A stretch of 49,383 nt of DNA, counting the filler, from Sphacelaria rigidula (lineage: Eukaryota): assembly GCA_964200075.2 (NCBI GenBank). It is 3 parts of 3 records of this genome, joined end to end, with 100 filler letters (N's around TTAATTAATTAA, not from the genome) between each part and the next. Parts side by side here need not be neighbours in the genome. Positions count along the whole stretch, not along the records: positions 1 to 16,396 come from CAXNAA020001375.1; positions 16,497 to 32,891 come from CAXNAA020001376.1; 1 more part is not named here. One strand, given 5' to 3'. Shown here piece by piece: positions 12,273 to 22,395 of this stretch. Positions within the stretch are counted from its first letter, which is position 1. Each line of letters starts with the position of its first letter. The translations under genes and the position numbers were made by a program. Below the pieces are notes generated by a model that was not told where the DNA came from, searched no databases, and saw only the letters and a list, made by a program, of their open reading frames with translations.

Positions 12273-14912
12273 CCGCCACGGCGTCTGCGTGTGGTACTGA
12301 GGTCTGCATCAAACTTGAGCTCTTGCTCGGACTCTGATGTAGGATCGCCACCTGCTGGATGTAACCGTCGTGCATTACGAAGACGCAGGAACGGTTTCGT
12401 GTAGCTGTGGCGCATGAGATACAAGGGTATCGTGGCGCACGGGAGACGGATGCGAGACCCGCCGACACAGCGCAGATGCATAACGCGTGTGGCATATTGC
12501 TCAAGTATTCAACCCTTCAGCTTCGTTTTGTGCTTATCAGGGCTGGTACGAACGGTGAAATATTCAGCCCTCAAGTCGAAGTGGGCTACTAACCCTAATC
12601 CTTCAGCCAACACACGGAAGAAGCAAAAAAAAATGTCGGCAAACGATTCCTCCACATGCACAAGGCAGATGACAGCACGATATCTACGCACTCCTCAGTA
12701 TGCAGGGGAACACGTGAAGTCGCCTCGTCTTCAGTGCCGACCCGTGGTGAGGCGCTAGCTGCTTGCGAAACAGGGGATCTCAAAACATATAGGATCGATG
12801 TCCGTGAATCTTCGGAAACGAATCACACCACCGCTTTTGGGCCGTATTCACGTAGCTGCGCCGAACATTTTTTGCACCGGATGAGCAACGCCAACATTCG
12901 TGTGCATCCAGCGCAAAGCCGCGGTAAGGGCGGCGAGCGATTGGCAGCCTAGACAAGAGTCGCGAAGACACCCTGAGGCAGGGCATCAGCAGTCGAATCG
13001 TACGTAGTATTGCTTATAGCCGCAGGAGTGCGATTTCTTCCCCACAACCCCAATATGCGTCCTACCATCTCGATTCATTTCCCCGTTCACACCATTTCCC
13101 AGGCTGCTTGAAAAATTCAGCCAATATTTTTTGTGCGGATGTTCCTGAATGAACGCCGAGATCACTGATGTCTGTTCGAATATTTTTTCCGCTGGTTTAC
13201 CCGTTTATTGGGGTTGTAAGCTGCCGGAAGCCCAGGTTCTGGGAACAATGCCGAGCCGGTTTTGAGAGTTTGAAGACAAAAATTGACACACGCGAGGCTG
13301 AAGGTAAGCCCTAGGTCGTTGGTACATGGTTGGTCAGAGTTTAGGTTGTTTTCACAGATTCCTCGCGGTCACAAGCTGCCGGACATCCAGATTCCCCGAA
13401 GAAGTTCACATTTGCTCGAAATTTCACGCCGGACTTGAGGTTCAGGAAACGAAATTTAGAACATGTGTTAATGATGGCAGTCTCGAGATCACCGGTGTCT
13501 GAGTGGTCAGTGTCTCGGTCGGTGTAAGCGGTTTCTTGGGATCATGAACGGCCGGAAGTCCATACCTTTGGAACAACTCCACGTACGCTCGAAACCTCAC
13601 GCCCCCTTCGACAGTCAGTCAATGAAATATCACGCGAGTGTTTAACAAGGCAATGCCGAGGTAGCAAATGTCTGGGTGGTTAAAGCTTCGGTCGGTGTGA
13701 CCAGTTCCTCGGGGTCATGAGCCGCCGAAAGCCCAGATTCTTGAAGTCATCTCAACACTGCCGAGATCGGGCTTACCGCCAGAACACGTGCGCGAAATTT
13801 TGTCATATACCTCTCAAAATCGGCTTCAGGTTCGACCTACCGACTAAACGTTGTGTTGTTCCCTCATTTAGCCTTAATTCTAACCACCGTTCTTACTCAA
13901 GGTGAGACCCGTCGGTACAGAGGCTGCCACCGCAATACCCTGGCGCGGCGCCATTTCAATATTTTCACAGGCGGGAGGGTTTCAAGTCGAACAAAAAATG
14001 CCGCGTGGCACAATTCACTACCTGCGTCCGTAGCAGCGCGCTCCAAACCCTCGCGTAAATCGATCTTCGCCGTGTCGTGGCTCCCGTCATGCCCCGTGCC
14101 CTTCCCTGGAGCGGCAAGCCTTGGGCTTCTTATATTCCGCGCGCTGGCATATCCCGTCTTTATGGCACGCCCCGCCACTGCTTCTTCTCTATCGTCATGA
14201 TCGTGTGGCAACGGCAGTGACGAAGTGTCATGGGGTGTGTTGTACCAAAAATCGTTTTGGGGGGTATCATGATCCTGGGAGATATCCCCTGAGCCATCTC
14301 TGGGTATATCGACCACGGGAGAAAGAGTTGCGTTGCCGCTGGTGGAGGTTTGGAGGGCGTCTTCTTGAGTTTCTTCATCTGACAGCTCGATCCTCCTGTT
14401 CTTGGCCTTGGAGTGTGCTGACTGTGCGGACACAAGGCATATAGAAGGAAGTAAACCGGCGGTATAAATCAGCGTTAAGCATTTTGCCGCACCATGATGG
14501 ACTGTTGTACTGATGTAGCTCAATAACATATAACATCGATACCTATGATGCAGCAGGCGTGCTGTGCAGACAGTAGTAAATTTGGCGAGCGAGCCTCCAC
14601 CGTCGAGGTTGCAGCTGTACCGGCCCTAACAGATAGCCTTATGCCAAAATAAAAAAAACAAATATTCCGTCCCCTTGCATGCGGCTGCAACGCACAGGAG
14701 GAGATTAAGCGATATGGGCCTGTAGGCCGTGCTTGACATGACATGTGGAACAAACTTCAGCATATTGCAGCGCCGACAGCACACGTACGGTCGTATTCCC
14801 CAGGCAATTTGTGTACAAGTTTGTACATGTTGTCATTATCCAGGGGGGCGTCCCAGTATCATTGTACCGGACGATGTTCCTCGGCCAGCGCAGCAGCCGC
14901 CCAGCTGCTCAT
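1283..14912 (-). CDS. CCDC82: Multi-exon gene encoding a CCDC82/DUF4211-like protein (acidic low-complexity N-terminus, conserved C-terminal domain)
   Basis: Hand-spliced exons with GT-AG boundaries and matching phases give ...AMESFGWYIEFLAKAVEG..DYRRAIKKFEDHLSTVRDSIVGGVWNQAFKAAIVSHP..CAACRRKQCSNVYTVYLAGCKYDADGMWTRRRWDKLLPDD..LGGSCKYKSHLFHTLLHYKLYL. This matches my recollection of the CCDC82/DUF4211 motif pattern (W..F..A...P, CxAC, L.G..Y, G..C...FH.L.H.K). The family call is from memory, not from a search; terminal exons are tentative. Confidence 0.7.
2203..2557 (+). mobile_element. tRNA-headed SINE (family A), full length, intronic
   Basis: A-box-like TGGCTCAGTTG and B-box GGTTCAATTC, body shared with 26304, 29820 and 43360 copies, CA-rich tail. 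Confidence 0.85.
3765..3847 (-). CDS. Probable exon (VLKLAKATANLNTNWTNTRWNKVHMIQ)
   Basis: Acceptor GTATTGCAG in phase 0; donor GTGTGT at 3764 (an alternative donor lies at 3781). Confidence 0.5.
4462..4594 (-). CDS. Exon (LLHYKLYLVCKIRWAMDDEKF...KKAVDE)
   Basis: Acceptor CGCCGTAG, donor GTGGGT; 133 nt, phase 2 to 0; joins the previous exon to give HTLLHYK. Confidence 0.85.
5073..5134 (-). CDS. Exon (GEYERLELGGSCKYKSHLFH)
   Basis: Acceptor TTTACCGCAG, donor GTGAGT; 62 nt, phase 0 to 2. Confidence 0.85.
5621..5698 (-). CDS. Exon (MWTRRRWDKLLPDDWEYADDMEDQKE)
   Basis: AAG acceptor (less common), donor GTAAAA; 78 nt, phase 0 to 0. Confidence 0.75.
6514..6771. mobile_element. hAT-type MITE with perfect 8-bp TSD
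   Basis: Termini CAAGGGTCGGAC / GTCCAAACCGTG; TSD GTTGATTC at 6506-6513 and 6772-6779. Confidence 0.85.
7229..7397 (-). CDS. Exon (AAIVSHPF...CAACRRKQCSNVYTVYLAGCKYDADG)
   Basis: Acceptor TTGCCAG, donor GTGAGT; 169 nt, phase 2 to 0; CxxC motif. Confidence 0.88.
7530..8370 (+). repeat. Intronic dispersed repeat containing ~173-bp tandem units (copy 1)
   Basis: Collinear with 12630-13760 from tgtcggcaaacgatt onward. Confidence 0.75.
9098..9251 (-). CDS. Exon (EGKGPAFMERFCSNSRRNDFRDYRRAIKKFEDHLSTVRDSIVGGVWNQAF)
   Basis: Acceptor CTACAG, consensus donor GTAAGT; 154 nt, phase 1 to 2; DUF4211-like sequence. Confidence 0.88.
9889..10168. mobile_element. hAT-type MITE, same family as 6514-6771
   Basis: Collinear (gtctggaaattacttg..gtaccgtacgaatcgatcc..atcaggcctaagaaat); degenerate TSD AACACTTT/GAGACTTT. 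Confidence 0.8.
10271..10344 (-). CDS. Exon (TSAESGDAMESFGWYIEFLAKAVE)
   Basis: Pyrimidine-rich acceptor TTCTTCGTCCAG, donor GTGTGT; phase 2 to 1. Confidence 0.85.
10836..12351 (-). CDS. Large acidic, R/G/S/D/E-rich exon of the CCDC82-like gene
   Basis: Core of the 549-aa ORF 10832..12481; acceptor CAGCAG, donor GTAGGT; 1516 nt, phase 1 to 2; includes poly-Asp encoded by (GAT)n. Confidence 0.85.
12630..13760 (+). repeat. Intronic dispersed repeat containing ~173-bp tandem units (copy 2)
   Basis: gccggaagcccag-like anchor recurs near 13224, 13378, 13551 and 13724. Confidence 0.75.
14022..14421 (-). CDS. Exon of the CCDC82-like gene (SAHSKAKNRRIELSDEE...ERAATDA)
   Basis: Within ORF 13897..14529; acceptor CCGCACAG, donor GTAGTG; 400 nt, phase 0 to 1. 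Confidence 0.72.
14868..14912 (-). CDS. Putative first coding exon of the CCDC82-like gene (MSSWAAAALAEEHRP)
   Basis: ATG at 14912-14910, 15 codons, weak donor GTACAA; phase 0 matches the next exon. Confidence 0.4.
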
Positions 14913-16175
14913 GATGTGGAGGTTAGTGTATTAGTGTGTCTAGATATGCATCAAGGGTTGGTGCACGAAGTAAGTTCCGCGGGAAAGCTGTGTGGAGGGC
15001 GTATCGCCCATATTTATCAAAAATCTGTGACCGCTGTGCTATTTCTTGCGCGCTGGCGAAACGTGCCGCCGATCGGTGCACAGCTGCCTGTCTCATGTCC
15101 AACTAGTGTGCCAATTTTCAAGACCGGTTGTTCATCCGCGGGGGAGAACTCCACCACCAAGATTGGCGTATTGAATAGCAATATTGTTTACCCTTGTACA
15201 ACGAGTTTTGTACGTGGCCAAGCACGAACGATCTTGTTACTTCTTATTTTGGCGTAAGACTGCCTAATCCCAACCCGAGTACTCCTACACCAGTGGACCG
15301 TGCCATGCTTCAGGTACTGATGAAGGCTTCCGTAGCGGCAGACAGAGGCGGGTTGATGACGCCTAACGCGGCCACACGAATGCTGTCAAATCTCAAGGCT
15401 AACCCCAATCCAAACTCGGACTCAAGGCAGACGGAGAACGCTTACGAGTAGGCAAGGAGTACAGTCAGTGCGGGACACAGTTTACGTTGGCAGCGCTCAA
15501 ATTAGGCGCCAATCAATTTGAAACAAGACCAAATGAGAGTGCCGCGCACGCGCGGGTAGGCTTTTGCTCTTTATGCCCGCATGTAATTCCGCATAAAGCG
15601 GGGTTTGCGCATAAGCATATGCGTTGTTCAAAAAACATACTTGCTATGTTTTTGGAAATTTCATCATAACAAAGGCATAAAAGCGAAGTTTTAAGCATAA
15701 CTTGGCGCATATAGTACTCCAACGGGATCATGCACCCCATGTCCAGCAGCTAATAACTGCCCACGGGTGGTCCATGTGGCGTGGTTCGTAGAGTCGTGGC
15801 GTTTATGTTCGCAAGATACTTTTAAAAACTTTGTTGCGGGTCTGATATCGATTATGGTGCTGTATGTGAGTTACTTCATGTTCATGTAAAACTGATAGAA
15901 AAAAATGTGTGATATTTCACATCAAACAGCGGCTCCCGCCACAACGTCACACACCAAACAGTCCAATCGACAACTGTACAGTGTGCAGCGCACAGTGCAC
16001 AGTGCACCGACAGTACAACAGCGAGCACTACACTACAGTACTATGGCAGAGCAGGAAGACGGCGAGGTGACCGAGGTGCGGAATTCCACACCCCAACAGC
16101 GCGACGCGAAGGAGACCGCTGAGGAGCAGAGGGCGAGAGAAAAAGCGCAGATTTTTGTTTCATTATTTTTATTTT

Positions 16176-16177
16176 AA

Positions 16178-16254
<77 letters not shown>
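16176..16254. repeat. (ATT)n microsatellite, probably a retroposon tail
   Basis: Directly visible; adjacent to the contig end. Confidence 0.9.
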
Positions 16255-16256
<2 letters not shown>

Positions 16257-16396
16257 TTTCCATCATTATTTGTCGTTATTATTTTTGATCATTATCTTTT
16301 AATATGGCCTTCAAAACCAATGAACCAAGGGGCCGTACAGACTAGGAAACGGTTTACACCCCCCCTTCCCCCCCTCAGGAGTGGTCGAGAACGAGG

Positions 16397-16496
16397 NNNN
16401 NNNNNNNNNNNNNNNNNNNNNNNNNNNNNNNNNNNNNNNNTTAATTAATTAANNNNNNNNNNNNNNNNNNNNNNNNNNNNNNNNNNNNNNNNNNNN
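16397..16496. other. Artificial assembly spacer
   Basis: N44-TTAATTAATTAA-N44 (stops in all six frames). Confidence 0.97.
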
Positions 16497-18289
16497 CGCC
16501 GGGTGTGTTATGTAGGCTGGGCGGATGTTGGTCGACTTCCTCGTCATGTTCATCGTTCTACAATTTTAGCGGATGAATGACTCCCCCTGTGCAAGGGTAT
16601 TTGTTGTTCCGTGTGTATGCCTTTTCAATTCATGAATATTCATGATTTTCATCGGACTCCTAGGATATCGTGTTCCAAGAGGGAATGAAAACAAACCGTC
16701 CGTCGTCATCCACCACTGCCGATACAACGGATGCGTTTCTTAGGACGGGTTGGTGCACTGAAAGACATGAATGGGGCTCCGGTGCCATGTGGCTTCAGCA
16801 AAAGTGGGCTGACGACTTTACGCTGTCTTCTGTGTCGCCTTGACGCAGTATAGTTAATCATTGGAGAGGGTAAGTTGATTTATCTTGATTTTATTGTGAA
16901 CACCGAAATCCGGATCTTTTCATGGGAGCTGTGCTTCTAGCATGCTCTGTGGCTTTCTTTTTTCCTTCAGTTCAGAGTTTGTCCACACTTGCCGCCAGGT
17001 GAGATGGGATACAAAGCTACTCTATCGATGGTGGCGTGGTAATGGCACCGGGTGCAGGAGAACGAGCGCTACTCTTGCCACACTCACAAGCGATGCACAG
17101 ATGGGGGTAAATATCCGCACACACGAAAGCCTCTAGAGGTCTGGTCGAAGGTTCAAATTCTACACCTGCCGAACATTCCACACATGCGATGTATCAACCA
17201 TCTGCAGTACAAGAGTCATCCATGGGTGTAATCTATTCTGAGGCCGTCGGACAGGGGTGACGTTTTCGCATGTCGTGAAAACCGGCGACGGTTGGAGGTG
17301 CTGGCTTGCGCCCGTAGCCCAAACGATTGCCCCAATTACTCATCGTCAAGACCATCGATTGGGATGCGATTTTTTGCAACATCTGCGCCAAGACGGCAGC
17401 TACAAACTCGGTGATTGATTTTTTTTTATCTCATCGGGATTCGAGTTTTATAACAAATTAAGTGGAAAAATATGTTTTTTTGGCGATTTTCTCGATCACC
17501 ATAACTCCTTTGGTTCCACAATCTTTCCAGATTGTAGCTTGGACAAATGCACGCCGGTGAGTAGCCTAGGTACGCCGTGGTTCGTAGCCCGGTACAACGA
17601 AAATGGGAAATCGTCAAGTGGAGACCCCACTCGAATCACAAGTACTTGAGGGGATTTCACGGCGTGCATAATCAGGGGATGAACGACATCTCCGGTCTGT
17701 TCGTGTTTTTGGTCGGTGACACTTTTTTGGCTCATTTTGGGGGGTCAGGCGCGCCCATAACAGTGGTCTTGACTTGTGCATGGTGCGGTACGCCGTTGGG
17801 TGCATAAGTGTATGCGAGGGGTGGTCTGGCGATGCCCTTGGGCGAATCGCCGGTTGTGCGTGAGGCCAAACATGAACCTCAACCGATCGAGTGTATCGAC
17901 ACAAAAACGAAAATTTGAATCGAAGCTTGGTATCGAACTTAGCCTTTTAAAATACTGTGCAAAGAATTATGATGCCGCAGTAGCCCGCCCCCAGAGCAGC
18001 CTCAAAACTGTCGCGAAAAAAATAGTCATATACCGCGCACAATCACCGGTTCCAGACTGCATGAAGCGCGTCATATGGGCGATACTTGCGGAATGGATCC
18101 CAAGCGTGGGAGTTTCTAACTGCTCGCTGTGCTCGACTTTCATCATTTCGATTCGCATGCAGATTATGCCTACTCAAACCGGCCACTTCCCTGGGAGGGG
18201 CTATCGCGACATTGCTCATCACTTCCAACCCACACGCATCGACTCTGTTCGGTAGGTGCTTAATATCGATCGCGTTCTGACATCGAGCG

Positions 18290-18548
18290 AATTGCCGGCT
18301 ATTCCTTGGCTTAGGCACTGGGTATGTGGTCTATATCGTTCATTAGAGAGCACCCAAGAAATGCTACAACTCGGGAGAGTGTAGAAGAGAGGGTAGAAGC
18401 AGACTAATGATCGGGTAGGGGCCATGTGAGCCGCCCGACTACTGTACTGTACCACATTCGCAAACATTCGATTGTCAGTACTCCTACATCTCGATCCTCT
18501 GTTCTACGTAGATTCGGTAAAACTGGGTGTATCTGAGTCACTCGAACA
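18290..18548 (-). repeat. 3' LTR of the copia element
   Basis: Direct repeat of ~22090-22355 (tattccttggc..aactcgggagag..accacattcgca..tgtcagtactc); begins TG after the PPT. Confidence 0.75.
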
Positions 18549-18874
18549 CCTCCCCTGATCTGATACCTCAATGCTCAAAGCTCTTTTGAAGCAAATAAGT
18601 TTTTAGCGAGGAAACTCGACCTTCTGAGCCAAAACCCCGTTCACAAAAAATCCAACGCCTGTGCTCAAAATCCAACAGCTCCTTCTTGTAGACGCCTAGG
18701 CCAGGGCACATCCACGTTAAAGGGGGAAACGCCCTACAAACCCATCCCCCACAAAGTAGCGTGCGCGGCTTCACCCGACTCACGCATAAATGCATCACGG
18801 AAGTCATGATCTAACATGTCTGGAGCTGAGAAATCGAAAGACACACACAAAAAAGAATCATATGCCTACGCGTG

Positions 18875-19272
18875 GTCCCCCATATTCATCAAAGCGCGTC
18901 AATACCTCTTGAACAACGTGAGTGGCAGCGGTTTCGTCAGAACATCAGCGTGCTGCCACTCTCAATCTACATGCACGATCCTTATGGCTTTTGCCCTAAC
19001 AAAGTCCCGAATAAAATGCCACGTCACGCCTATGTGCTTGCTGCGACCTGAGCTGAGAGGGTTTTCGGCCAAAGGCTTCGTCCCCTCGTTGTCCTCACAA
19101 GGAAAAATATCATAGTCTGCCGCTCATCCCAGCACAACAATTGGTCGGAAGACAGAACCGACCTGACAAAATACATTCCTGCGCCCCCTCAGCCATTGCC
19201 ACATGCTCGGCCTCCGTGGTGGACTAGGGAACGCAAATTGCGACAGGTACTGGATACTGCCACTCCTCCGAT
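18875..19272 (-). pseudogene. Copia RNase H remnant
   Basis: GGVAVS..STTEAEHVAMAEG and CEDNEGTKPLAENPLSSGRSKHIGVTWHFIRD..QHADVLTKPL, with in-frame stops. Confidence 0.9.
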
Positions 19273-19464
19273 GTGGCGTTGCCTACCTAACCCCCGGAGT
19301 TGGGTAGGTAGCGAGTAGGACACATGGCGGGAACGGCGTGGTGAAGAGCCCACGGCTGGGGTTTGCTTCACGGACTCGCTTCCGGCCGGCCCTCTTGCAA
19401 CGTGGTCATCCCTCGCTCCGCCGGGCGTTGGGATCGCTTGCTGTGGAGCGGGGGAAGGAGCAGG

Positions 19465-20075
19465 GGATATACGCCCATGTTACATGTCCGGTTGTGATAG
19501 TTTGCCCTGTCTCGGCCATCACTCGCACGGCATCGCGCGGGTGTCCTGGGGCTGGACCGAGGTACCAGCATCTTTGAGCTACCCGTTGTAACTTATCTGT
19601 CCTCTGTACCCTACAAAATCCAAGTTTCAGGGAAGGAAGTAGGTTGTTGTCCGGCGGCGATCCGTGCTACATATCATATGGCGGTTTATTCCCCGATGAG
19701 CCGAGGTTGAGGTACAAATAAAATATTGCACGCTCACTTGGCTTGCTCCGCCCACACATTTTTACCATTTGGAATACCCTGGTTCGGGTACATTCGCGAC
19801 GCCTGAATTTAGGCCGCAAGGCCGGCTGACTCCTTGATGCCTCTTGCGCGTTCCGCTACACCGTTGAAATGTGAAGAGTCGGCACTCGTTTCCTCTCGCT
19901 TAATTTTCTCCTTATTGCATGGTTCACTCGAACGCACACTCTGGGAGAAAACCTCCACAATTGCTGCGAACCATCTCAACTTCACTCGGGTAAATTTCTG
20001 CGATGTACTTCGTAGAGAGCTGTTCGGCCTTATCCTTCGTGCGAAGAAAGTACAGTCTAGTGTACCGGGGGGGGG
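19465..20075 (-). pseudogene. Copia integrase core and C-terminal remnant
   Basis: RYTRLYFLRTK..VRSNCGGF, KIKREETSADSSHFNGVAER, VWAEQAK*AC, and KLQRVAQRCWYLGPAPGHPRDAVRV..HVTW, across stops and frameshifts. Confidence 0.85.
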
Positions 20076-20199
20076 CAATCACAGCGCATGCTAACGCATG
20101 CTTGTGATGACTTTCTGGCGTGGGCGTCGTTCTGAGAAGTCTGTGCTGACAGGGGATATACAGGGTGTTGCCTGACTTCAACAAAATCCGAAAGCCGTC

Positions 20200-20465
20200 A
20201 CGTGTTCCAACAAAGATGCGATCTGTAGTGTAGATCCTAGTCAATGACAAAATATGGTGACGGACACCTGGTGCATGGTCTACATTTTGATATATAAACC
20301 TACACGATGTACGTCAGATCCAAAGGCGAGAGTCAAATTTTCTCTGCCGACAATCGGGTAAGTACCGCCGCCTGCACACCGCAGTACCCTGTCCCTGCAT
20401 TCTCGGTACTCCGTCATCGTACTAGAATCTGGCGAAAAATGCTGGGTCGCCCCTGTGTCAAACAC
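20200..20465 (-). pseudogene. Copia aspartic protease remnant
   Basis: FDTGATQHFSPD...CAGGGTYPIVG matches the copia D(S/T)GA(T/S)xH motif. Confidence 0.85.
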
Positions 20466-22071
20466 CTACGGTTCGCCCCCATCTTGCTGCTCTATACGCT
20501 TTTCCTCAACAACACATGCGCACTCGCCTGTGGTGTCTTCGGCGGCCTTCGTTATGTCCATGCTGATAAAAGCCTCTGCATCAGCATCCGAGCATATGGA
20601 GTCGTCGTCGACAACGTCGCTCACCAAGCCCATCGCCATAACCACATCTTCTCCAAACTTCGGGCAGTCAAGTAACTGGTACCCTTTTTTTCCGCACTTA
20701 CCACAGTTTCTATCCGGACAGTCTCTCGACCGATGTGTCGCCATCTTCTGACAGAGGTGGCATCGCCACGTCGTCTCAGCCCCCGATCGGCTATCCGGCG
20801 GTAGAATCGACGACTGGCTGCTTTTGTCCTGGTCCCCGTCGCCACCGCGACCTGGGTCCTGATTCTTCCCCGGTTTTTCCTTCCGGCGCGTGCCGTTAGA
20901 TCTGCTGGGTTGGCCCTTGGCAGCAAGGGCCTGGTTCCCTGAAGAAGTCTTCTTTCCCTCGGCGAGTTCCTCCTTCAACAGTATCGATTCGAAACGCTTT
21001 CGAATCGACCCCACCACGATTTCCCTCGTGAGTGGGCCATCTCGGTCCTTTAGCGTTTGCTTCTTGAAATTTACTCCGGGGGAAGGGCATTCACAAATTT
21101 CAGGAGGGTCTGGGCCTCCGTCAGGTTGATATTGGTGTCATATGATCTCAACTGCCTCGCCACTTCTTCCATCTCGATCAAATTTTGGATCTGGTCATCA
21201 CGAACGCCAATCTTCACATGATCATACTTCGCTAGCAGTGCTAATCTAGCCCCGTTGGTCTTGGGGATGTAGAACTCGTTCAGTTCACGCCATACAGCTG
21301 CAGGAGAATGAAATCGTAACAGAATATCTCGGTCTATCTTGTGGTCCAGACTCGCCACCAACATTCGCCTTGCTCTAATGCATGCGGCTTCTGTGTCTCT
21401 TCCGTGCCTTGTCTCTAGGAAACGCATGGGCAGCGCTGTGTTGCTCACCTCCACATCGTGCGCACTATCGTCCGACAGGGTGAAACCCAATCAACTCTCT
21501 CGCCCCACGCGAAATTGATAAGGTCGTGTTTGTCGTGGGAGAGTTCCGAACTCTTCCCAGACAACTTCGGAATGAGAACCTTGAAATCTGGCAAACCCAC
21601 AACGTTTTGGACACGTGGTCGATCATGACCGTACACAGCGACTGCCTCACGTGCGGGGTCAACATCCGTTGCTCCGTCGCTTCCAGCCCTGCGGTCGCTC
21701 CCGCTCCGGGCTCCCTGCTCGCCTTCGCAACGGCGACGGCGGTTTCGACATGCACCGGGGTTGGCTGATTTATGAGCTGGGTGGTCTCGTATCGCCTGGT
21801 GTCCTCCAGGAGACCCTTCGCCCTCAATGACGCCGCCCCACCGCACGCAAGTGGACTCGTGATCGTCTCCGATACCATCCACTCTACTGTGTAATACTGT
21901 GTGTCTGGACTGCACTCCCATAATAAGATCAGTCAGTGCACTAAGCTGACTGTTCAACTGGCTCATCATCTTCTCACGTTGAGCAGTCTGGCTCATCATG
22001 TTCTGAAGTTGAGCAGTCATTCTATCCAACCTCTCTACACGAGACGCAGCAGCTGTCTCGTTCCCAGTCAT
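20466..22071 (-). pseudogene. Copia gag (frameshifted) with two zinc knuckles
   Basis: ORFs 21445..22071, 21071..21490 (ARRMLVASL..AVWRELNEFY..LLKFVNALPPE, copia gag-like) and 20466..21017 (CHLCQKMATHRSRDC; CGKCGKKGYQLLDC). Confidence 0.85.
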
Positions 22072-22089
22072 ACTTGCCCAATCGGTTGA

Positions 22090-22395
22090 TCGCTAGTGTA
22101 TTCCTTGGCTCAGGCACAGCGTATATGGTTCATATCATTGAGAGAGCACCTAAGTAATGCTATAACTCGGGAGAGGGTAGAAGAGAGCGGAGCCGACGAG
22201 TGATCGGGTAGCGGTCATGTGCGCTGCCCTGTTAGATATGCCATACCCTTTGGCGCTGCCCGGCTACAGTACTGCACCACATTCGCACACAGTTGAATGT
22301 CAGTACTCGTACACCACCCCGATTCCCTGTTTGACGTGCAGTATCCGGTATGACATCGTTGGTATGGCCAATGAGATGAACGTTGGGCAAAACAT
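22090..22395 (-). repeat. 5' LTR of the copia element (diverged; ends uncertain)
   Basis: Homologous to 18290-18548; lies immediately upstream of the gag ATG at 22071. Confidence 0.7.

Larger units (their letters stand above)
18290..22395 (-). mobile_element. Decayed Ty1/copia LTR retrotransposon with internal deletions
   Basis: Domain order gag-PR-IN-RH on the minus strand, flanked by two diverged direct repeats; polypurine tract AGGGGAGG (18549-18556) directly precedes TGTTCG at 18548. Outer boundaries are approximate. Confidence 0.9.

Noticed and set aside
11668..12504. Overlapping ORFs with poly-M, poly-H or poly-I
   Set aside because: Alternative frames of the (GAT)n poly-Asp tract in the real exon.
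15310..15380. Hammerhead ribozyme core CTGATGA (also at ~33138, ~35839 and minus ~6424)
   Set aside because: No correctly placed stem II closed by GAAA and no stem I/III pairing found.
16441..16452. TTAATTAATTAA palindrome as a biological site (also 32936-32947)
   Set aside because: Centred in identical 100-bp N spacers; an assembly linker.
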